Counted from the first letter of the stretch, positions 30,194 through 44,912 are shown. The stretch is 64,000 bases of DNA from Eledone cirrhosa (GCA_964016885.1 OZ024748.1:55986001-56050000); one strand, 5' to 3'. Notes: generated by a model from the letters alone, not told the origin. Numbers and translations are program-made.

Positions 30194-31045
30194 TGTATAT
30201 AATTGTTAGCCATATTTCGTCGAAATATATATAAGTGTTAGCCAATCTTCGTCGAAATTTATATAATTGTTAGCCAATATTTGTCAAAATATATATGAGA
30301 ATAAAGAAAAACTCCTTAAAGCGATATAGGATTGTCGGGAGTTGTCACTAGAGTCCCCCATGTTGGAGAAGGGTTTTAACGCTCGAAAGATACCTTGCTC
30401 GTTCTACGTAGATTACATGCGATGATTTCTGTCAGGTCGATCTCCTCACAAGCATGTTTCCTTTACAAGGTATCGATAATGTTTTTGCAGTTGATCCTAC
30501 AAGCTCAGAACAACATTGTCAATGACATTCTAACATCCATTCTCTCAACTTATTTAGCCTGGGTCAATTTGGCATTAGTCGTTAAATAAAATTTATTTAG
30601 GGCACCTGTAAAAGCTGAAAATATCATTTGGTTGAGGTGTTGTTCATTATTTTTGTTCGTGATATTTCCATTTGTGTTAAAATTGTTAACTTTGTATTGG
30701 AGATGACATTGTTTTAGTTCTTATATTTTATTCTCAGTATTAAAATTTTTTCTGGACCCGGTAATTATGTTAGTATTTCTGAGGCATATTTGTTGTAGTG
30801 AGCATGAAGAGGTTCTAACTGATATTTATGTAATTAGCATGTATATAAAGTGTATTTTCTGATGTGTGAATATAACATTGTGATTTTTTTTTAATTTTTG
30901 TTACAGTTAAATTTTCCAGGTTTTCTAGCAGTAGTTGTATTTGGCGCCGTGATATCCACAACTAATACATGGAATTCCTTGCTGTTCAGGTAGGGATAGA
31001 ACCACTAATCAAGTGTAAATTGCCCTCGTATTATTGCAAATATTA

Positions 31046-31232
31046 GGGCAGTCGATTGGCAGTATCAGTGGAGGGTCGGATGCCATGCTTTCCAGCATAG
31101 TTATGTCCCTTTACGGTCTGAGTTCAAATCACGCCTAGGTTAACCTTGCCTTTCATCCTTACGGGGTCGATAAAATAAAGTACCAGTAATGCACTGGGAT
31201 AATTGCTGGTCTTGTGATAAAAAGTAGAAACA
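31046..31232 (+). mobile_element. SINE S1, full length
   Basis: A box tggcagtatcag, B box gagttcaaatc, conserved core, end agtagaaacaatta. Confidence 0.9.
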
Positions 31233-31528
31233 ATTATTCCAAATATTCCGTATGCCTGCACCAAATTTGACGCCCCCCCCCCCACGTATTCAATGATCAT
31301 GTTTATGTATTTATAGCCCACAATACTTCCACTGTCCATGTGTTTACTGATATAGTTAGTCTAATTACAAGCTCCTGTCCAATAGTATTTCCTTAGGAAT
31401 GGGATTATTACGGAGTCTCTTTCATACACAATCAATTTTGCATGACTCCAGTATGACGTATAATGACATTTCGTAACCTCTGTCACCATATCTGCACAAA
31501 CATTTATATACCTATATCTATATGTGGT

Positions 31529-31611
<83 letters not shown>

Positions 31612-31743
31612 TTATAACAAAGAGCAATTTACAGATCGGAGGTGACGACCCTGAAGAACATAATTTTCTTACAAAAAAAATCTGTGAAAATCAACAAGCG
31701 GCGGGTAATTCGGCTAGTGCATATATATAATAATAATAATAAT

Positions 31744-31929
31744 TGTTTCTACATTTGGCACAAGGCCAGCAATTACCCGGTGCATTACTGGTACTTTATT
31801 TTCTCGATCCCGTAAGGATGAAAGGCAAAGTAAACCTCGGCGAGATTTGAACTCAGAATGGCAAGGGCCGTAAATCTATACATCAAAGCATGGCGTCCGA
31901 CCCTCTACCGATACTGCCAAGCCACCGTC
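31744..31929 (-). mobile_element. SINE S1, full length
   Basis: Same consensus; (AAT)n on both sides. Confidence 0.9.
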
Positions 31930-31934
31930 ATATG

Positions 31935-31971
<37 letters not shown>

Positions 31972-31973
31972 GG

Positions 31974-32170
31974 ACGATTTGTTGTCTTCATTACGTTTAT
32001 TGAGTAGTGACGCGCGTTTCGCTATTGACCAGCGCAGTGTTCGATCCGCATCGATCTAGTCCAACTCTGGTCATGGCAGAAATGATTAGTGATACAACTC
32101 TATACTTACTGAAAACTACGCATCGAGTGTTCACTCTAGCGAACCTACAGTAACTGGACGTTACAACCCC
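31974..32170 (+). mobile_element. PLE-like fold-back element centred on stem II
   Basis: Minus strand of the left arm: ctggtcaatagc-GAAAC-GCGC-GTC-actactcaataaac. The right arm ctggtcatggca-GAAAT...acaactctatacttactgaaaac is its decayed mirror. Confidence 0.65.
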
Positions 32171-32243
<73 letters not shown>

Positions 32244-32313
32244 GTATATATATATATATATATGTATATATACCAGATGTGAGAATAACCACAGACCCCC
32301 CATCTCAATTCTA

Positions 32314-32349
32314 CTTTTGAAAAGCAGAAGAACTGCGAAACCGGTAAAG
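32314..32349 (+). ncRNA. Minimal hammerhead-like motif with U3-A8 core
   Basis: CTT-TTGAAAA-GCAG-aagaa-CTGC-GAAA-CCGG-TA-AAG inside a roughly 150-bp element (32272-32418) flanked by (TA)n. Confidence 0.6.
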
Positions 32350-32417
32350 GAACCAAATAAATATATATTTTTATAAAAAGAGACTCCAGTTGCATTTTCG
32401 ATTTCATCTTTTTTCCT

Positions 32418-32528
<111 letters not shown>

Positions 32529-32723
32529 ATGTGTGTGAGTTTGAGGGCTGTGCGTGTGTCTACAGTCTAATGTCTTTCCTTCTTCTACTTCTAATAGTAA
32601 ATTGGTCTTCTGTACCTGATTAAACGTTTTCTCCATTTCATAATGAAGCCATTTTCGTTGTTCTTGTGGTTCCGTTTCACAAACACACACACACATACAC
32701 TCGCACAATCTCACACACATGTA

Positions 32724-32788
<65 letters not shown>

Positions 32789-33963
32789 TTATATGAATGT
32801 ATTTGTGGGTGTTTGCCTGTTAATGAATTCTATAAGGCAAACATTCCCGTGAAATCCCATATATTGTGAATATAGGTGTATACCTATTAAAACACATCAT
32901 ACCTGCATTCTATAATAAACCTATTATCTTTCTCTCTATCTATCTATCTAACTATCTAACAATCTGTCTCCCACTCTCTCGATGTATATATATATATGCG
33001 AGTGTTTGTGAATTATATCTTATGCTTGCATGCGAATGAAAATGGTTTAAGGAGAGAGTGAGAGGAGAGCAAGAGAGAGGCGATGTGGGGAGAAAATAAT
33101 CTGGGGTGTGAAGGGGAACGAGAGCGAACGAGAAGTGTATTGCATATATATGTGTATAGAAGGGGAAAAAATTGCAGCATGAGGATACAGCGGATGATGG
33201 AGTACAGAGGGATAAAGACAAATAAATATGGGGTGGAGGGACAGAGTGGAATAAGAGGTTAGAAATACTGGAATGTAAAGCGGTAAATCCATGAAACGAC
33301 GGTTATATAGATAGCAGCTTGTGTATGGCTGCGAGTATATAGCATGATATGTGTACGTGTTTGAACGGGTGAAGGCGGTGGAATATCGGATTTAGATGGA
33401 CGTATTTGAGGGCAGAGGTCAGGTTTAACTATATAGAACCGAGGCGAATGACGGCACTAACTAGAAGGAGTGAGAATTGCATAGAGAACGAGAGAGAGAT
33501 AGAGAGCTTGAGCGCGATGTAGATAAAGAGAGAGTATACATATATGAGAGCAAGAAACGCATGGATAAGAGTAATAAAAAGCTGGTAAGGGTTTCTGAGA
33601 GAGAAATATGTGTGCAATGGAGAAATTTGGAAAGATGGTGTAAATGTAGAGGGAAAGGAAGGTTTGGGACAGAGAAGTGTGTGATTGAGAGGGAGAGAGA
33701 GAGAGAGGGGGAGAGAGAGAGATTGAATAAGACAGACAGACGGACAGACAAACTGATAGACGGAGAAATGAGGTAAAGTGCAAAGAAAAAATGTAAGAGT
33801 AAAGAAACGACGAATAGTCAACAGACGAGAATATGAGAAGAGAAAGAACATGGAAAAAGATAGTAAAGCTTTGAAATGTTAGATGTAGGGTTTATCTAGT
33901 TAATAGAAGAAATAAAGCAACAAATACACACACGCACACACGCACACACAGGAAGACAAACAG

Positions 33964-33996
<33 letters not shown>

Positions 33997-34214
33997 AATA
34001 TATTTAATATAGAAATGCCTTCTACAGGACTAGAACTGTTTCATTCGGGAGAATGAAACAGTTCTAGACCTATAGAAGCCATTTCTATATTAAATATTTA
34101 TACTCTGCTATGTATTGAGTACCTTACTTACAGTGATTACCCCCGATTGAACCAGGGATAAACTTATATATTATAATGACCAGTTCTACCCAGTGGTGAA
34201 CCAAGAAACCTAAA
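33997..34214 (+). mobile_element. PLE-like fold-back element centred on stem II
   Basis: About 50-bp arms around attc-ggga-gaat. Each arm reads GAAAC-AG-ttctag(t/a)c-CT-(G/A)TA-gaag. The right arm extends to (TA)n at about 34214. Confidence 0.8.
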
Positions 34215-34237
34215 TATATATATATATATATATATTT

Positions 34238-34367
34238 GAAAAAGTCACCAGCGTCGCTGAGTTCATATTGCACATAAAATAGACGAAAGACAAGATAGTC
34301 TTTTCTCTTCAGTCAACCGCTGGAGGTCTTCCTGATTTCTGTTGTTTAAAGTCGTTCCATGGCTCCA

Positions 34368-34368
<1 letters not shown>
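34238..34368 (-). mobile_element. Short TA-flanked element with the 5' half of a hammerhead
   Basis: Minus strand CTGAAGA-GAAAAGAC-tatctt-GTCTTTC-G at 34312-34284; GAAA and stem III are missing. Confidence 0.45.
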
Positions 34369-34407
<39 letters not shown>

Positions 34408-34497
34408 TATTCATCATTTTCATCACCATTATCATAGTTTTTCCGTTTTTCCACGCTTTTCCATTCTTTTTATTTACTAATTTCACACATTAGATTC

Positions 34498-34712
<215 letters not shown>

Positions 34713-34910
34713 GCATGAGGGAAGGAAAGATATAAAGTATTAGAACAATTGAAATCTCGTTGAAAGTGATTGAGTGAGAGGAAATAATGCCTCAGTGAAA
34801 GTGTAAATTGGAAATAGATAGTCATAGAGAGGCTTTTGTAGATAAAGGGAAACATGGCGGGTACGAGGGTGACAGTAGAGACGGGGTTATATACTATCTA
34901 TGTATATATG

Positions 34911-34986
<76 letters not shown>

Positions 34987-35055
34987 CCTATGTGTATATA
35001 TATGTATATGGTTGTATCTCTCTCGCTCTCTTACTCTCTCTCTCTTTCCCTATAT

Positions 35056-35128
<73 letters not shown>

Positions 35129-35273
35129 TATGAGATATATGAATATATACATATATATATAAAGACACACACACATATATATATAAACATATATACATAT
35201 ACGTACATATTCATATAAACATATATACATATACGTACATATTCATATAAACTTATATACATATACGTACATA

Positions 35274-35317
<44 letters not shown>

Positions 35318-35334
35318 CATACATGCGCTCACAT

Positions 35335-35385
<51 letters not shown>

Positions 35386-35669
35386 GAGAGAGAGAGAGAG
35401 AGAGAGAGTGAGAGAGAAAGAGATATGCATATACGGAGAGGGGGTGTGAAGAATTTACAGTCAAGAGGAATATATATTTCGTTTCGACGAGAGAAAAAGC
35501 ATTGTCAGGGAGGGAACAAATAAATAAATACATTATTCCTAGGAAAAAGGAAAAAAAAACGGGAGAAAATGTTGAGTTGGGTGGAATGATATATAGTGTG
35601 TAAATTATAAAGAGGTTCAGGCAGAGGAGCAAGATTAGAACATTGTGTAGAAGAGTGAGCAGAGGAAAC

Positions 35670-36255
35670 ATAGTGGGAGTTAGAGAGAGTGAGTGATAGA
35701 AAGATAGATGCAGAGAAATGTGTCAGTGAAGAGAGTTATAGGGAGGAGAGATAGAGAGTGAGATTGAAACGAGAGAGAAGTATGAGGGATAGAGATAAGA
35801 GAGAATGAGAAAGATGTAGAGAAAGGTGAGAGAGAAACAGAGTGATGGAAGGAAGAGAAAGAGAAGAGAGAAATAAAGGGAGAGAATAGAGAAAGTAGTG
35901 TGTGAGTGAAGAGAGAGAGACAGAGAGAGAGACAGAAGTGGAGTAGAGAGCGTGAGGGAGGAGAGAGAGATAAAGGGAGAGAAGAGAGAGAGAGAGATGG
36001 AGAATGATGTGAGTGAAAGGATGAGGGATAGAGAGAAGAGAGTGAGAATGAAGCGATAAAAGAATGATGTATAGAAGGGGGAGAGATAGAAAAGAATGAT
36101 AGAAGAAAGACGGAGAAGTGAGAGAGAGAGATATATATATAGATAGAGGGAGAGAGAGAGAGAGAAAGGAAGAGTGAGATAGAGAGTTAGGCGTGGTTAG
36201 AGATAAAGTGATTAAGTAAGAGAGAGAAATATAGAAACATTAAGAGAAGAGTGTG
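35670..36255 (+). repeat. Degenerate (GA)n purine-rich tract
   Basis: Direct reading; a similar tract lies at 33040-33860. Confidence 0.85.
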
Positions 36256-36299
36256 AAACCCCCTGTTGTGAGAGAATGGGTGTTAGTCTGAGGGAGAAG

Positions 36300-36990
36300 A
36301 GGGGATGACTATTAATGTAATATCACGTGGTAGAAGTTGTTGTTGTTGTAATGGCTGTAGTGGTTGCGGTGGTGGAGATATTGGGTTTGAATACAGCAGC
36401 GATGATAGTAATGCTGGCGATGGAGTTGGTGGTAGTGGTGGTTGCGGTGGAAATGTTTCCGGTGGTGTTGTTCTAGATGGTTTTTGTTGGTGTTGGCGTT
36501 GGTAATGGTTCATGGTGATGGTAGTGGCCCTCCGCTTAGAAGTGGTACTGTTGATGGTTGTAATGGTAGTGTTGAGGGTGTAAGTGTTCGTTTTGGCGGT
36601 GTCGTTGGTGGTGGTAGTGGTGGTGAAGGGGGTGGAGTTCTTGTTGGTGGTGGTGGTGGAGTTTTTGTTGATGTTGGTGGTTGTGGTGGTGATGGTGGTG
36701 GTGGAGTTCTTGTTGATGGTGGTGGAGTTCTTGTTGATGTTTGTGGGTATGGTTATCATCTTCGCCATCCTGGGGTTGCTACCTGTACTGGTGGCTATGG
36801 ATATCATTTTTGGTGGAGGTGTTGGTGGTCGTCGTGGAGCTGTTGAAGGCGTTGACGTCGCTGCATTTCTGTAAGGTAAAAACTGACAATGATGATGATG
36901 GTGGTGGTTCTGGTAGTAATGTAGGGGGGCAGTGTTGGTAACAGTGATAGTGGTAGCAGTGGTAGTAATCATGGTTGGATTGGTGTGAGG
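36300..36990 (+). repeat. Degenerate (GGT/GTT/GAT)n low-complexity tract
   Basis: Includes an internal repeat ggtggagttcttgttg at 36630-36740. Confidence 0.85.
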
Positions 36991-37065
36991 GAGTAAAGCC
37001 AAGGATAGATAGAAAATATGCAATGCCAAAAAAAAAAGAAACATATAATAACAAAAAAAAATAAA

Positions 37066-37110
<45 letters not shown>

Positions 37111-37998
37111 GTAATAATAAAGGAAAAGTAAAGAAAAACAATCATATGATAACAACGTAAGAGAAATGGCCACTGTGAGACCAGCCGTGTCCAAAAGTGC
37201 AAGCAAGCCTCAAAGAATTTGGCTAATAATGGACAGAGGTGGTGGGTGTATGAAGTGCGGAGGTAAAAGGACAATGCAATGATGACAGTGCAATTTTTGC
37301 AGGTCATCGTGCCCTAATGCCATTAAAATCGATGAAGTCCATGCTGGCAGCGAATGTAGCCAACAGCCCAATACATGCTTTTTATCTGTCGCCTTTCCGA
37401 AGGAAGTTTTTATAATCGTTGTATATGTATGTACGTAAATACATATATACGAACATACATACGTATATGTGTTTCTGTTATTATATATAAATATACGCAA
37501 CGATGTATGTATGCATACATATATGAGTTTTTCTGTGTCTATGCATCTATGTATCTCTGCCTCAATGTACGTCTATATGTACGCATATGTTAATGTGGAG
37601 CTTTTTATGGTTTTATTTGCTATTGTTTTATGTCATTATTTTTTATGTTATCTTAGCTTTTATTTTTCAATGGTTTCACTTTTGTATTTGTCGTTTATTG
37701 TGTTATTTATTATTATTTTTTCGTTTTACTTTGGGTAATTTTTTGTTTGTTACTGGTGCTCTCCCTTTGCTACCTTCAATGTCTCTACATCGTTCTCTAT
37801 TTTTTTTATTATATATATATATGTATATTTATCTTTTCGTTATATTTTATTACCATATTCTCTACATTTCACTGCACGCCAAACACCCCTGCCGATTGCT
37901 TACTCTTCTTCCAATCTGACACTCACATTCTCTTTATATTGCTCTATCTCACTCAACCTCTCCCTTCAACACAAATCACCCCCCTCTCTCTCTCTCTA

Positions 37999-38101
<103 letters not shown>

Positions 38102-38301
38102 CACTTTGATTCGTTCTTATTCTCTTGTACTATGCCATTTCAACCTTTTATCTTATTCTCTTCCGTTCTATGTACTATACACACATATAAACATACACTC
38201 ACTCCTATATACAAACAATTGCATACATAAATACACACATACATTCATACATATACATTCATACATACATATATACATACTTACATAAAAAGACACATAT
38301 A

Positions 38302-38357
<56 letters not shown>

Positions 38358-38467
38358 TACATACATATATATAAACATACATACAACATAGATGTATGCA
38401 CACACACATGAACATATGTATATACATAAATATATACAATCATACATACATATATACACATACATAA

Positions 38468-38536
<69 letters not shown>

Positions 38537-38572
38537 TGCATGCACACACAAGTGAACACACACACACACACA

Positions 38573-38661
<89 letters not shown>

Positions 38662-38934
38662 TGTTATTGTTATAAATTTTCTTCGGTTATTTCGTTGTTA
38701 GAGAAACATTTTTTTTATCTCTCCGCCTCACCACCGGGGAAAAAATTATTTTATCATCTTTACAATATATTTCTCTCCCCATCACCAACTGAATATATTT
38801 TGTCGCTTGGAATTTATGTTTTTCTAACAATTTCAATTATATCTCCTATCCCGAATTTCTTTCTTTCTATCCCTCAATCTATATATCTCGGGATCTACCT
38901 ATCTCTCTTTAAATATCCTCCTATCTTACTATAT

Positions 38935-39060
38935 ATCTATTTATCTATCATGCTATCTATCTATCTATCTATATATTTATATATCTATCTATCTCTTTGT
39001 GGCATATAAAGAAATGTATCTACCTATCTACCTACCTATTTATCTATCTATCTATCTATA

Positions 39061-39099
<39 letters not shown>

Positions 39100-39100
39100 A

Positions 39101-39135
<35 letters not shown>
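38935..39135 (+). repeat. (TATC)n microsatellite
   Basis: Direct reading. Confidence 0.9.
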
Positions 39136-39447
39136 ACGTATACAAATGTATATATTAAGCCATCAATCTGTCTATCTATTTATCTCTCCTCTTATTCATA
39201 ACCTCTCCACATTTATGTTTGTATCTTTCTTTGTATTTAACTATAAAGGCACTCTCAGGTACACGTGCGTATAACACACACACATACACACACACACATA
39301 TATATATATGTATGAACACATATATTAGAACATATATATATGATTATATAAATATATATATATACATATGGGGGGGATGAGAGAGATAGAAAGAAAGAGG
39401 AAGATATAATCTGAGAGAGTGCGACAAAATTCGACGACTATTCAAAG

Positions 39448-39496
<49 letters not shown>

Positions 39497-39893
39497 ATAT
39501 ATACACTCTTTTCATTTTCCTAACTGCCATGTGTATTTCCTCTCTATCTGGAGTGTTTCGTCTCTTTCTCTCACTTCTTTTTTCTCCCCCCCCCCCTCTC
39601 TCTCTCTCTCTTTCTCCGTTCCTTGTTTCTTACTCATTATTCAACATATATGTCTCTTTTTTTTTATTTGTGTCAAATCTCCTTTGTTATGTACACATCC
39701 TAGAGCTAACACCTTCGCCTTAATTCCAACCTGGCCCTTGCTAACGGCACTTATTGAGGGGCGAATATAAGATAATTGGTCGGGGTTTCATTATAAAAGA
39801 TACATAAATAAATTAAACCAAATTATGCATAATATGCCTCCATCGCATATAGAGGGCGCTCAAGGGAAAGTAATATATATATATATATATACA

Positions 39894-39931
<38 letters not shown>

Positions 39932-39932
39932 A

Positions 39933-40019
<87 letters not shown>

Positions 40020-40271
40020 AGAGAAGAAGAATACTGCATGGTTGCACATGGATTACATATTATAAAATTAGTCCCTCATCAGTGATTTGCCAACCATCAT
40101 TGGTATTTCATTGCATTAAAAATCAGATACCTCAGGTTGGTGCGAGCAATAACTAAAGTAAGCTATTGGGACAAGTGAAACGCGTAAAGCGAGTGAGACA
40201 AGTAAACAACAGAAGGAAAAGCAAATATATATATATTTATATATATTCATAATATGTTTGTGTGTATCAAA

Positions 40272-40505
40272 ATCATCATTATCACCGTTTTACCGTTCGA
40301 TTTCCTTCCTAGAAAGGTCTACAAAACCAAGTCTGTATGGAAACGGGGCCAATTGTCTCTGGAATATGCAACACGCTTATCGACAGTTTTAATTCTACCG
40401 AGTGCACATTTGTTTGGCAAGCCCACATTTGTTTGGCAAGCCCTCTACCGCAGGATGCTCTTCATTTCACCAACCACCTAACAGCGTATACTGGGTCCGT
40501 GTATT
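40272..40505 (-). mobile_element. Decayed SINE-like element with RTE-type 3' portion
   Basis: Starts with an (ATC)-type tail catcattatcaccgttttaccgttc. caggatgctcttcatttcaccaacc resembles the RTE-derived ggatgcccttcct..gccaacc motif (from memory). Internal 19-20-bp tandem duplication cacatttgtttggcaagcc. Confidence 0.4.
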
Positions 40506-40910
40506 GAGTAGATCACCAACGCTAGAGATATTGTAATGTCGTGGCACAATAGAAGGATACTTTCTACCAGCCATGTTTTTTTTTTCTTTTTTCTTTTATC
40601 CCCTTAGCTCTCTCATTCTCTCTGTCTCTCTCATGGAAGTGAGATCACTTCAATACTTCAAACACGAAATGCAGTGATGGAGAGAATAACTAATGAGTAA
40701 TAGAAGAGGAATGGGTGACATGTAGGGAGAAACTAATAGGGTACGATAATGAGGTACGTATTGGTTTACATATATATTTGTGTATATCTGTATATATATA
40801 CGGAGACACATGTTGTGAACAGATGCAATAATAGGAGAGACATCTATAGAGTTGACATCAAAGTAAATATGTACGGTCTAGTGTACTTATACAACATTCC
40901 AAAACCCCAC

Positions 40911-40947
<37 letters not shown>

Positions 40948-40971
40948 GTATGTATGTATGTATGTATGTAT

Positions 40972-41650
40972 GCGCGTCGATTAGTGCTTTTCCGGTAGCG
41001 TGCGGCGCCGAAGCCGTCGTCGGTAAGCTGTCCTGCGATCGGTTTTTTTTATGGTCAGGTCACCAGTTGGTGCTACTGGTAACATGTATCCCAGTACAAC
41101 CTGTCTCATTGGCGACTAAACTGGCAACCCCACCAAGGTTTCTTGGTGAGGAGGGTGACTTTGGACACCCTGCAGGACTAAAAACAAAACCTGTCAAAGG
41201 GCAAAGGAGCTCTTAAGAGTCAATGGCCATCCAAAATCACCGGGAGAGATGACCCCTTAGCCTTTGTCAAGGCAGAATTCTAGGAGAAGGAAAACTCTGA
41301 TATAACACCTGCATCCCTGATGGTATCCAATAATGTTGACTTGTTCTTCTTTTTGGTAAATATCATCTTGGTTAAGAGAGTGGGACTGGCTTTGTGCAGT
41401 GCCTTTTCTCACTATAAAAGCTTCACGGCACAGGCATTGTTTATATCTGGAGATCTCTCTGCACTTGTCGTCACATGGTACCATGGGCCCAGCACTATGT
41501 GTCAATAATTGTCACAAGTGTAGTGTTTGTACCAGAGTTTTCAAGTGGCTGGCTGGACTAAAAAGTCACACTCGTTCAGCGCATCGGTAGGGGTTCTCCT
41601 ACATGGATATAAAGTAGTAGCCGTACTCGAAAAAGAGTTGGCAGCCACCA
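40972..41650 (+). mobile_element. Internally deleted (non-autonomous) RTE element
   Basis: RTE-like 5' UTR motifs (actggcaacccc, ggagaaggaaaactctgat, gggactggctttgtgcagtgcc..ctataaaa) are joined to a C-terminal C2H2 segment HKCSVCTRVFKWLAGLKSHTRSAHR* and a short 3' UTR; (TGTA)n lies on both sides. Confidence 0.7.
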
Positions 41651-42023
41651 TGTATATATGTATGTACGTATATACACTTGGTGTGCGTTATTGATTGAGA
41701 GATGCAACAGATAATACATAAAAGGTAGGAAGGGTGGGAGATCTTAAGGGAGGGTTTAATTTCCATAGAGGGGTTACAGGAAGACCAATTGACAAAAAGG
41801 TGGCTGTGGCAGTATAGGGGAATGTGTTATTCAAGCAAAATCGACAGTTAGACTGATATTGCGATAGTTAGTTTTAGTGGTTTGATATATTGACAGACAA
41901 AATGGACGGCAGGCAGACATAGATAGTGAAATAGATTGTTAAAGACCAGATAACACTTAGGAGTGGAGCGAAAAACAAACATGGAAGTTGATGTATTAGC
42001 AGCTTCATATATATATATATATA

Positions 42024-42274
42024 TATCACAGAAAATAGAGATTCGGTGTTGCGACGAATGGAATTTATTGGACATATTACAATCGTTTCTCTGGCGACCC
42101 GCTTGAGGCACGATCGATATGATGATCGAACCTGACCAGAGAAATGTCCAATAAATTCTATTCGTCGCAACACTGATTCTCTTTTTTTCTGTGATAGCAT
42201 ACTCTGCTCTATGAGAGCATCGAGTGCTCAGACGGCCTACCGCAAACGGAAACTTTAAGCATCCAACACCAATT
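42024..42274 (+). mobile_element. PLE-like fold-back element centred on stem II
   Basis: Arms 42024-42094 and 42136-42196. Left arm on the minus strand: ccaga-GAAAC-gattgtaatat-GTC-caataaa. Right arm: ccaga-GAAAT-GTC-caataaa. Ends in (TA)n. Confidence 0.8.
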
Positions 42275-42345
<71 letters not shown>

Positions 42346-42577
42346 CGTGAGTGTGTTTATAAAACACAGGTAGTGTTAACTACAGAATCATATGTACATA
42401 AGGATGAATAGATGTATTCGTGGTAAATTACACATTTTTATATAAATGCACCCTCACACAACATCCCCCAAACGTATGTGTACTTACACATGCATGTATG
42501 TATATATATATAAACATTTACACCCGCGTATAATTATATATATGCACCTACACACACACACAACTTCAATATATATC

Positions 42578-42857
42578 TAAAGTCTAAAGTCTGTCTTAAG
42601 CCAGAAGGCCCACTTGGCAGGTGTTTGTACCGGTTTCATGGCGTGAAGCGACTGAGAGTACAATACTTCCCCCTGGACAGGACAACTTTTCATCGCAGCG
42701 TTAATCACCCAGCTATTGTTGGTACTTATTTTCAGCTGAGTATACTGGAACAACGTGAAGTGTTTTGATCAAGAACACAACATGCAACCCAGGAATCGAA
42801 CCCATGTCATTATGTTTGTAAGTCCAACACCATTACCACTAGGCCACGTGTCTCCAC
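42578..42857 (-). mobile_element. SINE S2, full length
   Basis: Reverse complement homolog of 9001-9285; intact B box gggttcgattcc; tail (actttag)2. Confidence 0.85.
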
Positions 42858-43524
42858 TTAATATATATATAGGGGCATATATAACTGTGTATCTATGCGT
42901 ATGTGTCGGTGGAGGTCTTTTCGATTAAAATCCTGAAAGATCGAAAGTTACTTCCATAGACATATTTTCCTTTGGAAATATATGAAGATTTCTAGAGTTG
43001 TACGTAATTAAGAAATAATTTCATCTCTGACTCTGGAGACTTTCAAAACTATGTTAAGTTTGAAGGACCAGTCTAAGACTGATCAAATATTACAACTTAA
43101 TAGCTTTTCAATTAAGTTCCTTCTTATTATACATGACGTGTGTTTTGATATCAATTTCATTTAATAACTATAAACTAGAAGGTCAAAGAGGGTGTACCCA
43201 TCAATTCTGCGCACCCATCAATAATATTAATGAGGTTGAAATTTAGCTTAAAAGTCTATATTTCAATGTTTGCTTGATGGGCTGGAGGAGTAGGAAAGAG
43301 CATTTATTGGAATTGTGTGGATGTTACCTAGACGAGAGACGTTGTTTTCAATTTGATTACTCATATATACTGTTCTGAAAACAAAAGTGAAAAATTCTAA
43401 ATTGAAATGTGTTGTTCAGTATTTTCTCCCCAGTTAGTCAGATACTCTTTGGAATATAGTAAAAAATGATTCAATCGCAAAAGAAATATTATATTTTAGG
43501 TCACATTTTGTAATTGTATAATGG

Positions 43525-43630
43525 AGGGGCGTGGATTAGGTGGATTGGCAGTATGGGTAGAGGGGCGGATGCCATGCTTTGACGCATAGAGTTGCGCCCC
43601 TTTATGGCCTGAGTTCAAATCCCGGTGGAA
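43525..43630 (+). mobile_element. SINE S1 5' half
   Basis: ggattggcagtatgggtagaggggcggatgccatgctttgacgcatagag...gagttcaaatccc. Confidence 0.8.
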
Positions 43631-44321
43631 CATTGTGTTCTTAAGGAAGATATTTATTTCCTCTCTTCCCAATTAACTCAACTGGGAAAGAATATGCCGA
43701 TATGTATATACTGGAGTGGTTCTTTTCAATACATAAATGCATAAAACCTTCAAAGGTTAACCGAATATACATTTAATACAGAGTGTTAGATAACATGTCT
43801 AAAGGAAAGGGTGCCAGTGACATGTAAATTCCAGGATTGTATATAAGAGTATATATGAATATTCATTCATTACATGCTTCATGGATATGATAATTATTGT
43901 GTCGTCATGTATAAAATTTGTAGAAATTTGTACTTTTTCTACGAATTTCTACAAATTTCATTCTTGACTAACCGATACATACTTAAATGTACATCTGAAT
44001 TATTTCTGCGCAATGTATGTTTTATATGTAATAGATATCAAATAAGGATTTTGACCGATGTGTATGGAAAGAATGAACCACCAAAATATTCAATAAATAC
44101 GGATATTATAAGTTAAAATTGAAATGGAATCACATCGATATCAATTAATTTGTTACACGAGCGTGAACGTGTAGTGTCTTTGCGTCTAATATTAGTTTTT
44201 TTTTTCAATCAACTGGATTTCGTGATGTGTTGAAAGAAATATGAAAAAAATATCTATATTTAATTGTATGTGTGGCATGAAACAGTTGGGATTTATATAC
44301 GTATGCATAAGCATATTAAAT

Positions 44322-44352
<31 letters not shown>

Positions 44353-44365
44353 TATGTACACACAC

Positions 44366-44420
<55 letters not shown>

Positions 44421-44650
44421 TACACACTCATATACATATATATACATATATATATATATTATATATATAATGAACAATGACAGGTTTCGAATGTATTAAT
44501 GAAGGTAGACGAATTTCGCCAATTAACACACACACTCACAGTCACACAATATATGTGTGTGTGATTGTAGTTGCTATGTATACACACGAATGTGTTTGAT
44601 ATATACATCTACCTACAGGCGTAAATATATCCATATACACAGCCATACAT

Positions 44651-44700
<50 letters not shown>

Positions 44701-44801
44701 ATGTGTTTGTATATGTGTATGTGTCTATCTAAATGTCTACCTATCTACTTATCGATCTTTCTATTTATCTCTCTCTCTCTCTCCCTTACTCTGTTTTTCT
44801 C

Positions 44802-44912
<111 letters not shown>

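Larger units (their letters stand above)
29434..30297 (+). repeat. 32-bp minisatellite (about 8 units) split by a Helitron
   Basis: Unit cttcgtcgaaatatatataattgttagccaaa at 29434-29571, resuming in phase at 30194. Confidence 0.9.

Noticed and set aside
29434-30297. CRISPR-like array
   Set aside because: Units are head to tail with no unique spacers; eukaryotic context; no cas genes.
36283-37206. 307-aa T/P/H-rich ORF and overlapping G/V-rich ORFs (mucin- or glycine-rich-like)
   Set aside because: Degenerate trinucleotide low-complexity tract, open in several frames on both strands and running through (AAT)n; no domain or splice support.
41515-41590. C2H2 zinc-finger gene exon
   Set aside because: A single terminal finger followed by a stop and a short tail inside an RTE-like element, typical of RTE ORF ends.
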